Positions 51,065-61,513 of a stretch of 64,000 bases of DNA are shown here, in pieces. The position numbers were made by a program, and so were the translations under genes. Location: IMG/VR virus record IMGVR_UViG_2896054739_000007, positions 98,560-162,559 of that record; one strand, written 5' to 3'. The notes under the pieces were generated by a model. It did not search any database. It saw only the letters and a list, made by a program, of their open reading frames with translations, and was not told where the DNA came from. This stretch comes from a virus (Duplodnaviria; Caudoviricetes). Positions within the stretch are counted from its first letter, which is position 1. Each line of letters starts with the position of its first letter.

Positions 51065-51430
51065 TTAGAAAGGAAGTGATCCCAAATAACTTTGTATTTC
51101 ATTCCCTAAATAATATGCATAAATTATCCCTAACACTGTAAGGATAACAAAAAACAGCAACATATTCTTTATCGAATGAATATCTCTGCCCATGTTGATA
51201 AGAATTTCATCTTTATCTATTTGTTGCTTTTGCTCTGCTATTTGTTGTTCATGTTTTAAATTTTTGTAATACTCTGTTCTGTCTGATTTTAATATGTCAG
51301 ATGCAACTTTAACTGCTAATTCTGTATATCCACTTTCAGGTTTAGCAATCTCAGATAATTCTTCATTAGACATTTTATTGTATTTTTCAAATAAGCGGCT
51401 ATATTCGTTTGATTGATTTGACTGTGACAT
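51065..51430 (-). CDS. Membrane protein with C-terminal TM
   Basis: AAGGAG SD; IKNMLLFFVILTVLGIIYAY. Confidence 0.65.
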   Translation of the reverse strand: MSQSNQSNEYSRLFEKYNKMSNEELSEIAKPESGYTELAVKVASDILKSDRTEYYKNLKHEQQIAEQKQQIDKDEILINMGRDIHSIKNMLLFFVILTVLGIIYAYYLGNEIQSYLGSLPF

Positions 51431-51443
51431 AAGTAATTCTCCT

Positions 51444-53093
51444 TTAAGATTTACTTTTTTGAGATTGCTTCTTTCTAAAACTTACTACAACGTATTCTTT
51501 TGATTGTACTGAGAATCTATCTCCAGCCTTCTTATCTTTACAATAAGTATGCAAAAAAGCATGTTCATCATTTGGATTGTTTGGATCAATTTCAATTTGT
51601 TTTTTATCAAAATAACTGTAAATAATAATATTTTGTTTAATAGATTTTTTATTTTCTGTATCAACATCTTCTTCTGAAGAATATTTGTTAATTAAACTAT
51701 GTAACTTAACGGGATCAGAAATAACATATTTTCCCCTTTTTGAATCGGCATATAAAGATATACAACCCTCAGATTCTAAGTATTTTCTGATATTATTAAT
51801 AACATGCTGAGATTTTTCATAACCACTTTCTCTTAATATGCGGACATTAAACATTTCAGACAAATACCCTGTTTCAAAAACTCTATTTTCGTAGTTCTTA
51901 ATAGTTTTAAGGATATCTACAAATAGAATTTTAGGTATAGAAATACTATTGAAGTTTTTATTAAATTTCAGTTTATCTCCAACCTCTAATATATTTTCGT
52001 CTCTATTTATTGTCATTGAAACCGAATTAGAATTGATCCAATCCATTAATTTGGGCTTAAATTGTGCAAACCACTGACTGCAAATGATATAATCATTTTC
52101 ATTGATCTTTAATATAGGACTTGAATAATATCTTCTGTACTGATTATTATAATTAACTTGTTCACTTATAGGAAGTTTCTTATCAACCTGTTTTAATATA
52201 GGATAACATATACCAAATGTATTATGACACCAATCTTTATCAGTGAAGCGATTAATATCATCTTCTGTGGTATGAGTTTGAAAATATGCAGTAAAATATT
52301 CTTTAGCATATTGACCAATTTTAATTTCATCAGTCGATTCTTCTAGTTTTTGTGCCGTTTCCTGTAGTTTACTGTTTTCATTGTGTAAGGAAGTTAAATC
52401 TCTTCTAATAAAAATGTGACAATTACGTTTTGGTATTTCGTATTTTTCAAGCATTTTTATAATTATATTTCTTACAAAAGTCGCACTTACATTATACTCT
52501 ATGTAAATTTTTGAACCTTTTATACGAACACCCTCTCTTAATTCGCTTGAATCATAAGAAAAATATTTACACTTACGCCCTTGCATAGTTGTATCTGTAA
52601 GAAAACTTGCAAATATATCTTGATCTTTATTTAGTAGATATTGGCAACATTTATTAAATACATCTCTCCATTCATTTGCTTCAAGATATGTATTTTCAAT
52701 TTCTATACCTACTGGCTTTGTATATGTAAAGTCCTCATAAAGAGTATGTGGTATATTAGTATCTGCATTAAAAGATTTGTCATTATAATTAATATAATTA
52801 TTATTTGATTCAATCGCTTCCGCTGTTTGCACTTCATCTTCTAAATTATCTATTGTAATGTCGTTAGAAATATTATTAAGGTTTTGAATTATTTGTGCGA
52901 CTGTTTTAGCATGATTTTTATACTCATCTACTGAATCATAATCATCATTATCAATTAGGGTTGACATTGATTTGCCTAAATCTGATTTTATATTGATTAA
53001 TGTATCAACTATCAAATCAATGGCTTCACATAGGTCAATCGTTCTTTCTGGAAATTTTTGTTTGCAGAAATCAATTAATGATTCTATGTTCAT
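51444..53093 (-). CDS. Hypothetical protein (549 aa), possibly defence-related DNA-binding
   Basis: GGGAGG SD; HTLYEDFTYTKP..W; RRYY..YIICSQWF patterns; function not assignable. Confidence 0.6.
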   Translation of the reverse strand: MNIESLIDFCKQKFPERTIDLCEAIDLIVDTLINIKSDLGKSMSTLIDNDDYDSVDEYKNHAKTVAQIIQNLNNISNDITIDNLEDEVQTAEAIESNNNYINYNDKSFNADTNIPHTLYEDFTYTKPVGIEIENTYLEANEWRDVFNKCCQYLLNKDQDIFASFLTDTTMQGRKCKYFSYDSSELREGVRIKGSKIYIEYNVSATFVRNIIIKMLEKYEIPKRNCHIFIRRDLTSLHNENSKLQETAQKLEESTDEIKIGQYAKEYFTAYFQTHTTEDDINRFTDKDWCHNTFGICYPILKQVDKKLPISEQVNYNNQYRRYYSSPILKINENDYIICSQWFAQFKPKLMDWINSNSVSMTINRDENILEVGDKLKFNKNFNSISIPKILFVDILKTIKNYENRVFETGYLSEMFNVRILRESGYEKSQHVINNIRKYLESEGCISLYADSKRGKYVISDPVKLHSLINKYSSEEDVDTENKKSIKQNIIIYSYFDKKQIEIDPNNPNDEHAFLHTYCKDKKAGDRFSVQSKEYVVVSFRKKQSQKSKS

Positions 53094-53277
53094 AATTATC
53101 CTCCCTTAAAACAGATATTAAGAATATTTTATCACACTATGACAAATTTTGGTAGGGAGAACGTCAGTTTAACAATAAAAAAAGACTACCGTATAAATCA
53201 TATCAGAAGTTGGTGTGATTTATAGAGTAGTCTTATACTCTAAAATAAACTGAAAGGATGTGATTTCATTGAACTAA

Positions 53278-53735
53278 TTATTCTTTCACATATTCAATGC
53301 AAAATACTTTATCATCTGCACCGATAAAGGTTGTTACTATGCCTTCTTCACTTGTGCAAACAACTTTTTTACCATTTATTGTGTATGTTCCATTTTCTGT
53401 ATGAACTATTTTATTATTGGAGGTTACTGTGTATTCATAGGTTTTGTCTTCTTTGAAATTATATGTGAGAATCATATCTCCAAGTATATTTGTTATAGTG
53501 GTATCTTTATATGTTATTGATAATACACCTTCCCACAAAGAAACAATATAATTATCATATATAAATCCAAGCTCACGTTGATACTTTTCATCTTTGTTTA
53601 TATAGGTTATAATTTTATTATCTTTGACAGTGTATGTTCCACTTCCACTATCGGCGATATCAATATCTTCCCATAAATTATTTGTAGAATAATTTTCGCC
53701 ATCAAAAGTGTAATAAAGTTCATTATTAAAAGCAG
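53278..53735 (-). pseudogene. 5'-truncated lipocalin-like repeat protein
   Basis: Frame extends upstream of the TTG with repeated (S/N)GTYT motifs but has no SD or start. Confidence 0.4.
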
Positions 53736-53878
53736 AATAATATATTGCTTATTCTAAGGAAAATCATAGAGGACGTAAGAAGAAACAAATTAATATTAAT
53801 AATTTTCACCATGTTTAGAATGTATGTTCTTGTGGTATTTTGTCGAATGTTGGGGTATAATATTAATATTGACATTTT

Positions 53879-54532
53879 ATGTCAAAATATTTTGACTTCG
53901 ATTGGAGAACACTAATGAGTGTTGAACAAGACAAAAAGATACAGTCCTTATATGCTTCTTTGAAAAATGTTATGGTTCAAAATCTTGATAAAGATGAACA
54001 GGAACAATTGCTTGACTGGATGCATACTTTGATATTAGATACATCTAAAGAACGAAAATTTCAAAAAATTAATGGATTATTGAAATTACTAGATACAAAA
54101 GAATCCAAGCAATATGAAGAATTAGTTCAGAAAAAAGAATTGGTGCGACATAAAAATTATCCAACCAATTTAAAGATTGGAGATATTGTAAGCGTTAAAT
54201 ATGGATTTGGCTATTGTTCTGAAATTTCAAATACACATTATGGAATCGTTTTCTCTGAATATATAGCCGGACTGTACTTAATACTCCCATTATCTAGCGA
54301 ACCATTAAAAAAGAAAATTTTATATTTGGATAATTTGAATCTGCCAAATAAAGACGGAATTAAAAATAAAAGATCCTATATCCAATTAAATCATGCAAAA
54401 TTCATGTATTATAGGAGATTAGAAAAGATAAAGGGGAGGGGTACAATCAATATCGGTTCAGAAGAAATAAAACGTATTTCAAAAGAATTTATTGATTTCC
54501 TTAATCTTCCTATTGACACAGGCAGCAACTAA
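53879..54532 (+). CDS. PemK/MazF-like endoribonuclease
   Basis: KIGDIVSVKYGFGYCSEISNTHYGIV..LILPLSS. Confidence 0.7.
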   Translation: MSKYFDFDWRTLMSVEQDKKIQSLYASLKNVMVQNLDKDEQEQLLDWMHTLILDTSKERKFQKINGLLKLLDTKESKQYEELVQKKELVRHKNYPTNLKIGDIVSVKYGFGYCSEISNTHYGIVFSEYIAGLYLILPLSSEPLKKKILYLDNLNLPNKDGIKNKRSYIQLNHAKFMYYRRLEKIKGRGTINIGSEEIKRISKEFIDFLNLPIDTGSN

Positions 54533-54547
54533 TGCTATTATATAAAT

Positions 54548-54642
54548 ACACATTAAAATCTTTTTACCTACGGGTATTTAGATTGTTATATCATTTATTG
54601 TAACAAACCAATTTAAGACTCTACCTACGGGTAGGGTCTTTT
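54548..54642 (+). ncRNA. Putative small RNA downstream of the PemK-like gene
   Basis: TTGACA(54513)-17 bp-TATTAT(54536); two TACCTACGGGTA copies (54565, 54622); terminator 54615-54642. Confidence 0.5.
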
Positions 54643-54727
54643 GCTATACATTTTACATACAATAACTATTAATTTGTTTTTATAGAAAGAAAGGTGATTT
54701 ATATGATTGTATAAAATTTTGTTACTA

Positions 54728-55276
54728 TTACTCTTCTATCTCAAAACGTATTTCAATATTTCTTAAAATATTATCGTCAGCCATAATCAGTGTACCGTTT
54801 TTGCCATACCAAGTATAATAATCTGTTCCTAATTTATCAGATTTTAATTCAGTTTCATCAGGTTCGCCATTTAATTTGACAAGTTCTTCATATATATCTT
54901 TTGGCATCCAATGTGAAGTGTCTATGTCAAAGTCACATATACCTAACTTATTATCATAAAATACATACTCTTTTTTGCAGTCTGCTCCAAAAAAAGTAAC
55001 GTTTGTATAAGTTATAATTGTCATTTTTTCATTATGCACACTAATATCATTTTCAGTAGTGTATTCTTTGGAAAGCTCGATTTCAAAAAGTTCATCTAAA
55101 GTAATTGCTGTTGAAATATTATTAAGTACCAAAGTTCTTGTAGCTTTGCTATTTTCGATTCTGTTTTTTAATTTCTGTTCCTTTGCATAATTTATACTAC
55201 CAATAATAATGACTGGAATCAGAATTATTGAAAAGAATATGATTAAAAATATTTTTGATCTTTTGTCTAATTTCAT
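54728..55276 (-). CDS. Membrane-anchored protein
   Basis: N-terminal TM; GAGGAG SD. Confidence 0.7.
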   Translation of the reverse strand: MKLDKRSKIFLIIFFSIILIPVIIIGSINYAKEQKLKNRIENSKATRTLVLNNISTAITLDELFEIELSKEYTTENDISVHNEKMTIITYTNVTFFGADCKKEYVFYDNKLGICDFDIDTSHWMPKDIYEELVKLNGEPDETELKSDKLGTDYYTWYGKNGTLIMADDNILRNIEIRFEIEE

Positions 55277-55340
55277 AAGTCTCTCCTCGTATTTGAAATG
55301 ATAGGTTAATTATACCATTGTTCTGTCAAAAAGTATATAA

Positions 55341-55475
55341 GCGATTCTCCACAAATCGCCGTGACTCTCCACAAGTTGCAAATATTATAGTATGATATTC
55401 AAAACAATTAACAGTTCTGTTGACGAAACAAGAACGAATGTTTTGAATAGCATTTTGACGAAATACGTATTATAA
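55341..55475 (+). other. Second 3' splice-acceptor cassette with a 26-codon exon
   Basis: Two CTCCACA-loop hairpins, ATAGTATG|ATATTCAAAACA (G at 55394), reads IFKTINSSVDETRTNVLNSILTKYVL*. Confidence 0.75.
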
Positions 55476-55521
55476 TGTCATTAGTACCAAAATAAAAATA
55501 TGCTGTTTGAGGAATATCATT

Positions 55522-56109
55522 ATGATACTAAAGACATATCACGGAACAAATTTAAGTTCTGCGTTTGATATATGGCTACATGGAATAGATTTTAATAAAA
55601 GTCTGCCAAATTTGGATTTTGGTAAAGGATTTTATGTAACTGATTATAAAGAAAAAGCAATTGAACGAGCTTTAAAAAAGACAAACGATTATAACAGAAG
55701 ATATAACTGTAGAGAAGACCCATATCTGGTTGAAGTATCTATTGAAGATGATCTGTGGAAAGAAATGAATGCAAAATTTTTCTACCCAAGAGAAAAAGAT
55801 TGGTTCAATTTTGTTATAAATAATCGTTTAGAATTATCTTATTTGAATAAACATAATATATTTAACCATAACAAAGATAATAAATATGATATGGTTTATG
55901 GTGAAATAGCTGATGGTAAGATTGCTGAAATTGCCAATGCTATAAAAAACAGAAAACTAGAATTAAAAGATTTAAATTATTCAGATATCCTACCAAAATA
56001 TGGAGTATTTTACGGCAGTCAATATTCTTTTCATACTGAAAAATCTTTATCTTGCATAAAAAACATTTCTTGTGCTATAATAAAGAAAAGAAAATCAGGA
56101 AGGAGATAG
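55522..56109 (+). CDS. DUF3990-family (ADP-ribosyltransferase-like) protein
   Basis: YHGT..DFGKGFYVT..WFNFVINNR..YDMVYGEIADG..QYSFHTEKSL. Confidence 0.85.
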   Translation: MILKTYHGTNLSSAFDIWLHGIDFNKSLPNLDFGKGFYVTDYKEKAIERALKKTNDYNRRYNCREDPYLVEVSIEDDLWKEMNAKFFYPREKDWFNFVINNRLELSYLNKHNIFNHNKDNKYDMVYGEIADGKIAEIANAIKNRKLELKDLNYSDILPKYGVFYGSQYSFHTEKSLSCIKNISCAIIKKRKSGRR

Positions 56110-56115
56110 AATTAT

Positions 56116-56331
56116 ATGAGAAAAGATGCTAAACAATATATGCTATCTGTTGTTGAAACTATTATAAAAAAGTATAATTTATCTGAAATTGAATCATATA
56201 GATTGGTTAAATACTCTTTCTTATATGATTCACTTGTAAAATTTCCAGACGAAACTTTCCACGATGATATTGAAACAAATGCAGACATCATATATGGGGA
56301 TTATATTTCAGAAAATCTATTAAAGATGTAA
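56116..56331 (+). CDS. Small partner of DUF3990 protein (DUF3791-like, putative antitoxin)
   Basis: 71 aa, adjacent; DETFHDDIETNADII. Confidence 0.5.
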   Translation: MRKDAKQYMLSVVETIIKKYNLSEIESYRLVKYSFLYDSLVKFPDETFHDDIETNADIIYGDYISENLLKM

Positions 56332-56630
56332 AGACTATTATAATTTTGATTTAAGGGACGTAAGGAATTGGATTATATGCAATCCAATTCCTTATTTGTA
56401 TGCAAAATTGTACATAGAAATATAATAGGAAGGATGTGATTAAATTGATTGTATAAAATACTACTGCTCTTCTATCTCAAAATTATTCGTGTTCTTCCAG
56501 CTTTATAACTTTTATGACTTGTCCGATAATTCTATATTCATCTGGATACTTAGTAAAACGGTCATCATTAGTATATTCTCTTCTGTTAGGAGAATAAAAA
56601 ACACCGTCCTGCTCTATTAAAAAATGTATA

Positions 56631-57074
56631 TTACTTCATTTTATCAACAATACTTTGTATAAAGTCTGGATTGCTTGCTAAACCTTGTATAACACTGGAT
56701 GAAATTATACTTAATCCAGATATGGATATGCCACCGATTTGTTTCGCTTTATTTTTAACAGCTTCCCAAATTGTATTTGGACGAATAGTTTCAAGGAATT
56801 GATGTCCATTCCACGTAATATTCTCAATATTGCATAGAATCATTTTATGGTTTCCAGTATCATTAAATTTACCTTCAATAAAATGAACTTGTCTCAGATT
56901 ATAAATTGTATACCATATGTCTTCCTCTGTGTACTTATTTTTATATTTAATTAACATACACTCTGTTACCTGAGACAATGTTATAAATTCAAATGTATTA
57001 TCCTTACAATTAATTGCAAGTTGTTCTTCCAAATACAAAAGTGTATCCCTTACACAATCAGGATTAAGTCTCAT
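56631..57074 (-). CDS. DUF2513-family protein
   Basis: MRLNPDCVRDTLLYLE..ITWNGHQFLETIR..IW. Confidence 0.85.
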   Translation of the reverse strand: MRLNPDCVRDTLLYLEEQLAINCKDNTFEFITLSQVTECMLIKYKNKYTEEDIWYTIYNLRQVHFIEGKFNDTGNHKMILCNIENITWNGHQFLETIRPNTIWEAVKNKAKQIGGISISGLSIISSSVIQGLASNPDFIQSIVDKMK

Positions 57075-57489
57075 TTAATAACCTCCAATTTCATTATCAA
57101 TTATTTTTAGAAAGTAGGTTCTATATATGTTTTATAATAACACGATTCAAATGCTAGAACAAGTTTCAGAACAGTTAGAAAAAGAAAATTATATTGCAGA
57201 TATGCTTGTTCGTACACTTTATTCAAATGATGTAAATAATAGTGAATGTTATCGAATTATTAAATTGTTTAAAGAAAAAATTCTTGGGGATGTTACTATT
57301 TAAAATCCGAGTTACCTTTGTAATAGACCACTGCTTATATGTTCATATAAATCAACTCTTTAATACCATCTTCGCAACACAATGACATCTTTTGATTTCG
57401 TTAAATCCACCTATATCTTTATAATCAGGATTAATAGAACGTAAGCAATATGTCCCGTCTTCTAGTCATGTTTTCTTTTTGAAGACTAC

Positions 57490-58239
57490 CTAATCAGCAT
57501 GAAACCTACCAATGACCCTACCCTGTACTTCAAATCTATCGTTTTCAATAACGATAGGACTATATCTTTCTTGATCTGGATTCAAAGATATTAGTTTTTT
57601 AATATTTTTATCCTCATAATACTTTTTACAATATGCTGCTCCGTCATAAAAGAAAATTCCTATATCATCATTATTTAGTTCTTTTGTTTTATTGACATAT
57701 ACAAAATCACCATCTAAATAATCAGGATACATACTATCTCCACTTATTCTGGCGCAATAGTCAGCTTTTGAAGAAATAGGTGTTGCTGGATATAATTGCG
57801 GAACAGGGCTATCGTCTATATAAATATTTCCCTTACCTGCGGATACTGGCTGCGGATAAGTATCTATAAAAATAATTTCGCCCAAGTTGATTAGTTTATT
57901 TGTATTGTCAGAATATTGTATTGGTTTCTCTTGTTTTATATTAAATATAAAGTCTACTACTCTTCTATCCGAGTCGGTCAGATTATGATAGGCTGAGAGT
58001 ATTTTCTTTTCTTCTGGTGTTATCTCTTTGCCGTTGATATACTCTTTACCAGTGATAATATAATTTACTTCACCAAGACATTCGCATATTTTTAGGAAAT
58101 CATATACTTTACCTAAATTCTCATCACTTTCATAACGGGAAATCGCCTTAGCTCCATATTGTAATTTTTCAGCTAATTCGTCTTGTGTAAGTCCATTTTT
58201 AATTCTCATTTCCCGTAGCCTTGATCCAATATCTTTCAT
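57490..58239 (-). CDS. CI/LexA-like repressor (XRE HTH plus S24 peptidase)
   Basis: LTQDELAEKL..AISRYE; VSAGKG, GDSMYP, AYCKK. Confidence 0.92.
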   Translation of the reverse strand: MKDIGSRLREMRIKNGLTQDELAEKLQYGAKAISRYESDENLGKVYDFLKICECLGEVNYIITGKEYINGKEITPEEKKILSAYHNLTDSDRRVVDFIFNIKQEKPIQYSDNTNKLINLGEIIFIDTYPQPVSAGKGNIYIDDSPVPQLYPATPISSKADYCARISGDSMYPDYLDGDFVYVNKTKELNNDDIGIFFYDGAAYCKKYYEDKNIKKLISLNPDQERYSPIVIENDRFEVQGRVIGRFHAD

Positions 58240-58447
58240 AAACTATCCACCTCTTTGAATAGAATACCATATATCTTGGTTAAAATCTATAAAAAGTAGA
58301 ATTATATTGACAGGTTACATTTTATAGAATATAATTGTTTTATCTATCAAACATAGATATTGCAAAAAACGCATAAATAAGTATATGTTCTGATTGTATT
58401 ACTTGGTAAATAATGGTAAAATTAAGGAGGTAACGGAGGATATGGGG

Positions 58448-59977
58448 ATGCTTAAGTCGATTAGTTTGGAGAATTATAAGTGTTTTAAAGAAAAGACAGA
58501 TATAGATATTGCTCCTCTCACAGTTTTGTGTGGGGTAAATAGTAGTGGGAAAAGCTCTATTTTGAAGAGTTTGTTGATGTTGAAACAGAGTTATGAGAGT
58601 GAATCTTCTTCTCATTCTTTATTATTATCGGGTGATTATGTTGATAATGGTTCTTTTGATGATATTATTTATCATAATAAAAAAGATGACATTAACAAGA
58701 ACACAACTTTTAAAATTACAAATACCTATTTAATAAGAGATACCTCCAATGAACAAGGCAAGAACTTGGTTAAAAGACAGGATATTGTTTCTTTTAAGGA
58801 ATTAAAAAGAGTATTTTATCAAATTAAAGACATTAAAAAAGTTAAATATTTCAAATTACTTATTGAAATTATTGTGGAACGTCCTAATGAATCAGAAGCG
58901 TCTTTTGAATTTTATATAGAGAGTAATATTATCAGATCATATAATATAGAATTAGAATTATTAGATTCTAACCAAAAATCTATTGATGATTTAACACATT
59001 ACATTTATATAACAAAGAACGAACATTCCGAAAAAGCTGGCTGGGTTCTAAATGTTAATGGAATTCCTTCCACTAAAGGAACCATACCAACGATTCTTTG
59101 TAATTATCCTTGTACATGTTACTTTTCTGGTTTACAAATCAAAAATTTGTATGCAGATAGTATGCCAAGAGACGTTATTTATACTCTTCCAAATTTATTA
59201 TCAATATTCAAAATTGCTGCTTTTCAAACAGATGGTATTAACTTTATTGCTCCATTAAGAGAACAGCCAGTAAGAAGGTATAGTTTAAATGGTAATGTTG
59301 ATTCAGTTGGCATTTCTGGCGAAAAAATGCCTATGTTATTAGCAAAAGAATATAATAGTATAAAAACAGATTGTATACCTCCAATTGTGTTACAAAATGG
59401 CGAAAAAAAATATGTGAAATGGGGATTCAAAAAAGATACATTCAGTGGTTTAGTAAGAAGATGGATGAATTATTTAGAATTAGGTACTTTAGATTTAGCT
59501 AATAAAACAAATGGATTGATTTCACTTAATATTAATGAACATAATATTGTAGATGTTGGCTTTGGAGTGGGTCAAGCTCTTCCTATAATTGTTCAGGGAT
59601 TGTATATGAATAAAGACCAATCTTTATTACTTGAACAACCTGAAATACATCTTCATCCAGAAATGCAACTGCAAATGGCAGACTTTCTTATTGCTCTTGC
59701 TAAAAATGAAAAAAATGTAATAGTTGAAACTCATAGTGACCATTTTATTAATAGGATTATTCATCGTGTTATGCAAAATTATGATGAATTAAACGATATT
59801 ATCAAAATTTATATTGTTGAAAAGAACGAGGAAACACATAGTTCTAATGTACGTTTAAAGAAGATAGATAAATATAAGGGAACTGAAAAAGATAAGAGCA
59901 AATTCTTTTTTACTCAATATGATTCCGAAATAACAGATATTGTAGATACTGGCTTAAACAATATGATGGAGATATAA
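58448..59977 (+). CDS. ABC-type AAA ATPase (AAA_15/AAA_21, DUF3696-like), defence-associated
   Basis: LENYKCF, GVNSSGKSS, VGFGVGQALP, LLEQPEIHLHP, VETHSDH. Confidence 0.88.
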   Translation: MLKSISLENYKCFKEKTDIDIAPLTVLCGVNSSGKSSILKSLLMLKQSYESESSSHSLLLSGDYVDNGSFDDIIYHNKKDDINKNTTFKITNTYLIRDTSNEQGKNLVKRQDIVSFKELKRVFYQIKDIKKVKYFKLLIEIIVERPNESEASFEFYIESNIIRSYNIELELLDSNQKSIDDLTHYIYITKNEHSEKAGWVLNVNGIPSTKGTIPTILCNYPCTCYFSGLQIKNLYADSMPRDVIYTLPNLLSIFKIAAFQTDGINFIAPLREQPVRRYSLNGNVDSVGISGEKMPMLLAKEYNSIKTDCIPPIVLQNGEKKYVKWGFKKDTFSGLVRRWMNYLELGTLDLANKTNGLISLNINEHNIVDVGFGVGQALPIIVQGLYMNKDQSLLLEQPEIHLHPEMQLQMADFLIALAKNEKNVIVETHSDHFINRIIHRVMQNYDELNDIIKIYIVEKNEETHSSNVRLKKIDKYKGTEKDKSKFFFTQYDSEITDIVDTGLNNMMEI

Positions 59978-59980
59978 ATA

Positions 59981-60865
59981 ATGAAATTAGTAATTGACCC
60001 ATCTCTTATTTGGTCTTTACCTTATGATGAGGATAATTTTAAATATTTAGATGAGCTTATAAATTTTGTAAATAAACTTTTGGTTGAAAAACATATATCA
60101 AGTGATTTGCTGATACCTCTTCTACAAAAATTAAATAAAGAGCCGTTTGATAAATACCGGGAACCAACTTCTAAAAAGAAAGAAATTGTTAGAAAGTTAT
60201 TTGATTTGTTGGACACAACCGAAAGAATAATTTTGTCTGATTATAAATGTGCGGATGGGTTAATACCAAGTAGTTATATTTCTTCTTATAATGATGATGT
60301 GAATATCTATTTTAATAAGTTGATACAATATATTATTAAAAATACTATTGAATGTGTATTATTTCTATCTCCTGATAACTTTAAAATAAATGATGAAATT
60401 GCATCATTTGTTCATTACATAAGACATATTTATAAAGAAGAAAACTCATATCTTGCGATACTTATTAGTGAAGGTGTTGGGCTTAAAAAAGATATAATTA
60501 TTGCTCCGACATTAGATGAACCATTACCAAATAAATGGTTGACAAAAGAATATCAAACTACTAGAGAAGAATTAATTAAATCTGGGAAAGCATCAATTGC
60601 TGCATTCTTATCACTAGGGAAAGAGGTTTCTTTAAGAAATGGGTATTTATTTGATGAATATTTAACTAAAATCAATAATGGTGCAATTAGAGAAATATTT
60701 AAGTCTAAAACTAAGCCAATTATCTATCTATCAACTGATGTTGAGCATGGGGCTATAGAAGTATTCAATAATAAACCAGAACATCAAGGAGAAAGTAATT
60801 ATATTGGAGATATTAAAAAAGGATCAAAAGACCCAAAAAAACATAAAATTATATTACATAAATAA
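59981..60865 (+). CDS. Partner protein of the ATPase (possible effector)
   Basis: Starts 4 nt after the ATPase stop; C-terminal YLSTDVEHGAIEVF..HQGE. Confidence 0.6.
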   Translation: MKLVIDPSLIWSLPYDEDNFKYLDELINFVNKLLVEKHISSDLLIPLLQKLNKEPFDKYREPTSKKKEIVRKLFDLLDTTERIILSDYKCADGLIPSSYISSYNDDVNIYFNKLIQYIIKNTIECVLFLSPDNFKINDEIASFVHYIRHIYKEENSYLAILISEGVGLKKDIIIAPTLDEPLPNKWLTKEYQTTREELIKSGKASIAAFLSLGKEVSLRNGYLFDEYLTKINNGAIREIFKSKTKPIIYLSTDVEHGAIEVFNNKPEHQGESNYIGDIKKGSKDPKKHKIILHK

Positions 60866-60914
60866 AAGGCATCTTGTGATGCCCTTTATATTTTGAAAGG
60901 ATGTGATAATCTAT

Positions 60915-61469
60915 TTAAAACTTACTTCCACAATTCCCACATTTATATGTTTTACCTGCATCGTCTACTGCTCCAACTATGCCAAATGTTGCGGTTTTCA
61001 CCGCTCTTGTTGTCATAGCAATCTTTTTGATGTTAGTTGATCCGCAGATAGGACATTTAGGTATACAGCTTTGTTTGTCGTTTTCTTTTTGTATTCGGGC
61101 AAGATTTTTTGATTGCTGCTCTCCTATTTGTTTATTGTGATACTCAACAGTTTCATAATATCCTTGCTTGTTATTTTCAACTTGCTTGTTATATTCTTCT
61201 ATCGAAAATAATGAGTTTGAGGAAACCTCATTCATAATAAAGTTGTTTTCACGAGAAAGTAGTTCTTCTATTCTTCTTTTTGCTCCATCAGCCGTATTAA
61301 GCATATGAAGCTCAGAATATAATTTTGACCAATTTTCATTAAAAATGTTATATTTTTGTTTCATATCTTCTGGTAGTGTTTCCATTTTTGTGCCACAAAA
61401 ACTACACTTTTTTCCAAACAAAACGCCACCAACCCATCCACATTTCTTACAAAACATTACTTTTCCCAT
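60915..61469 (-). CDS. Zinc-ribbon protein
   Basis: CKKCG, CSFCG, PKCPICGSTNIKKI, YKCGNCGSKF. Confidence 0.8.
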   Translation of the reverse strand: MGKVMFCKKCGWVGGVLFGKKCSFCGTKMETLPEDMKQKYNIFNENWSKLYSELHMLNTADGAKRRIEELLSRENNFIMNEVSSNSLFSIEEYNKQVENNKQGYYETVEYHNKQIGEQQSKNLARIQKENDKQSCIPKCPICGSTNIKKIAMTTRAVKTATFGIVGAVDDAGKTYKCGNCGSKF

Positions 61470-61513
61470 GAAGAATCACCTCGTTATTTGTCTGTATTAT
61501 AGCATACAAAAAG

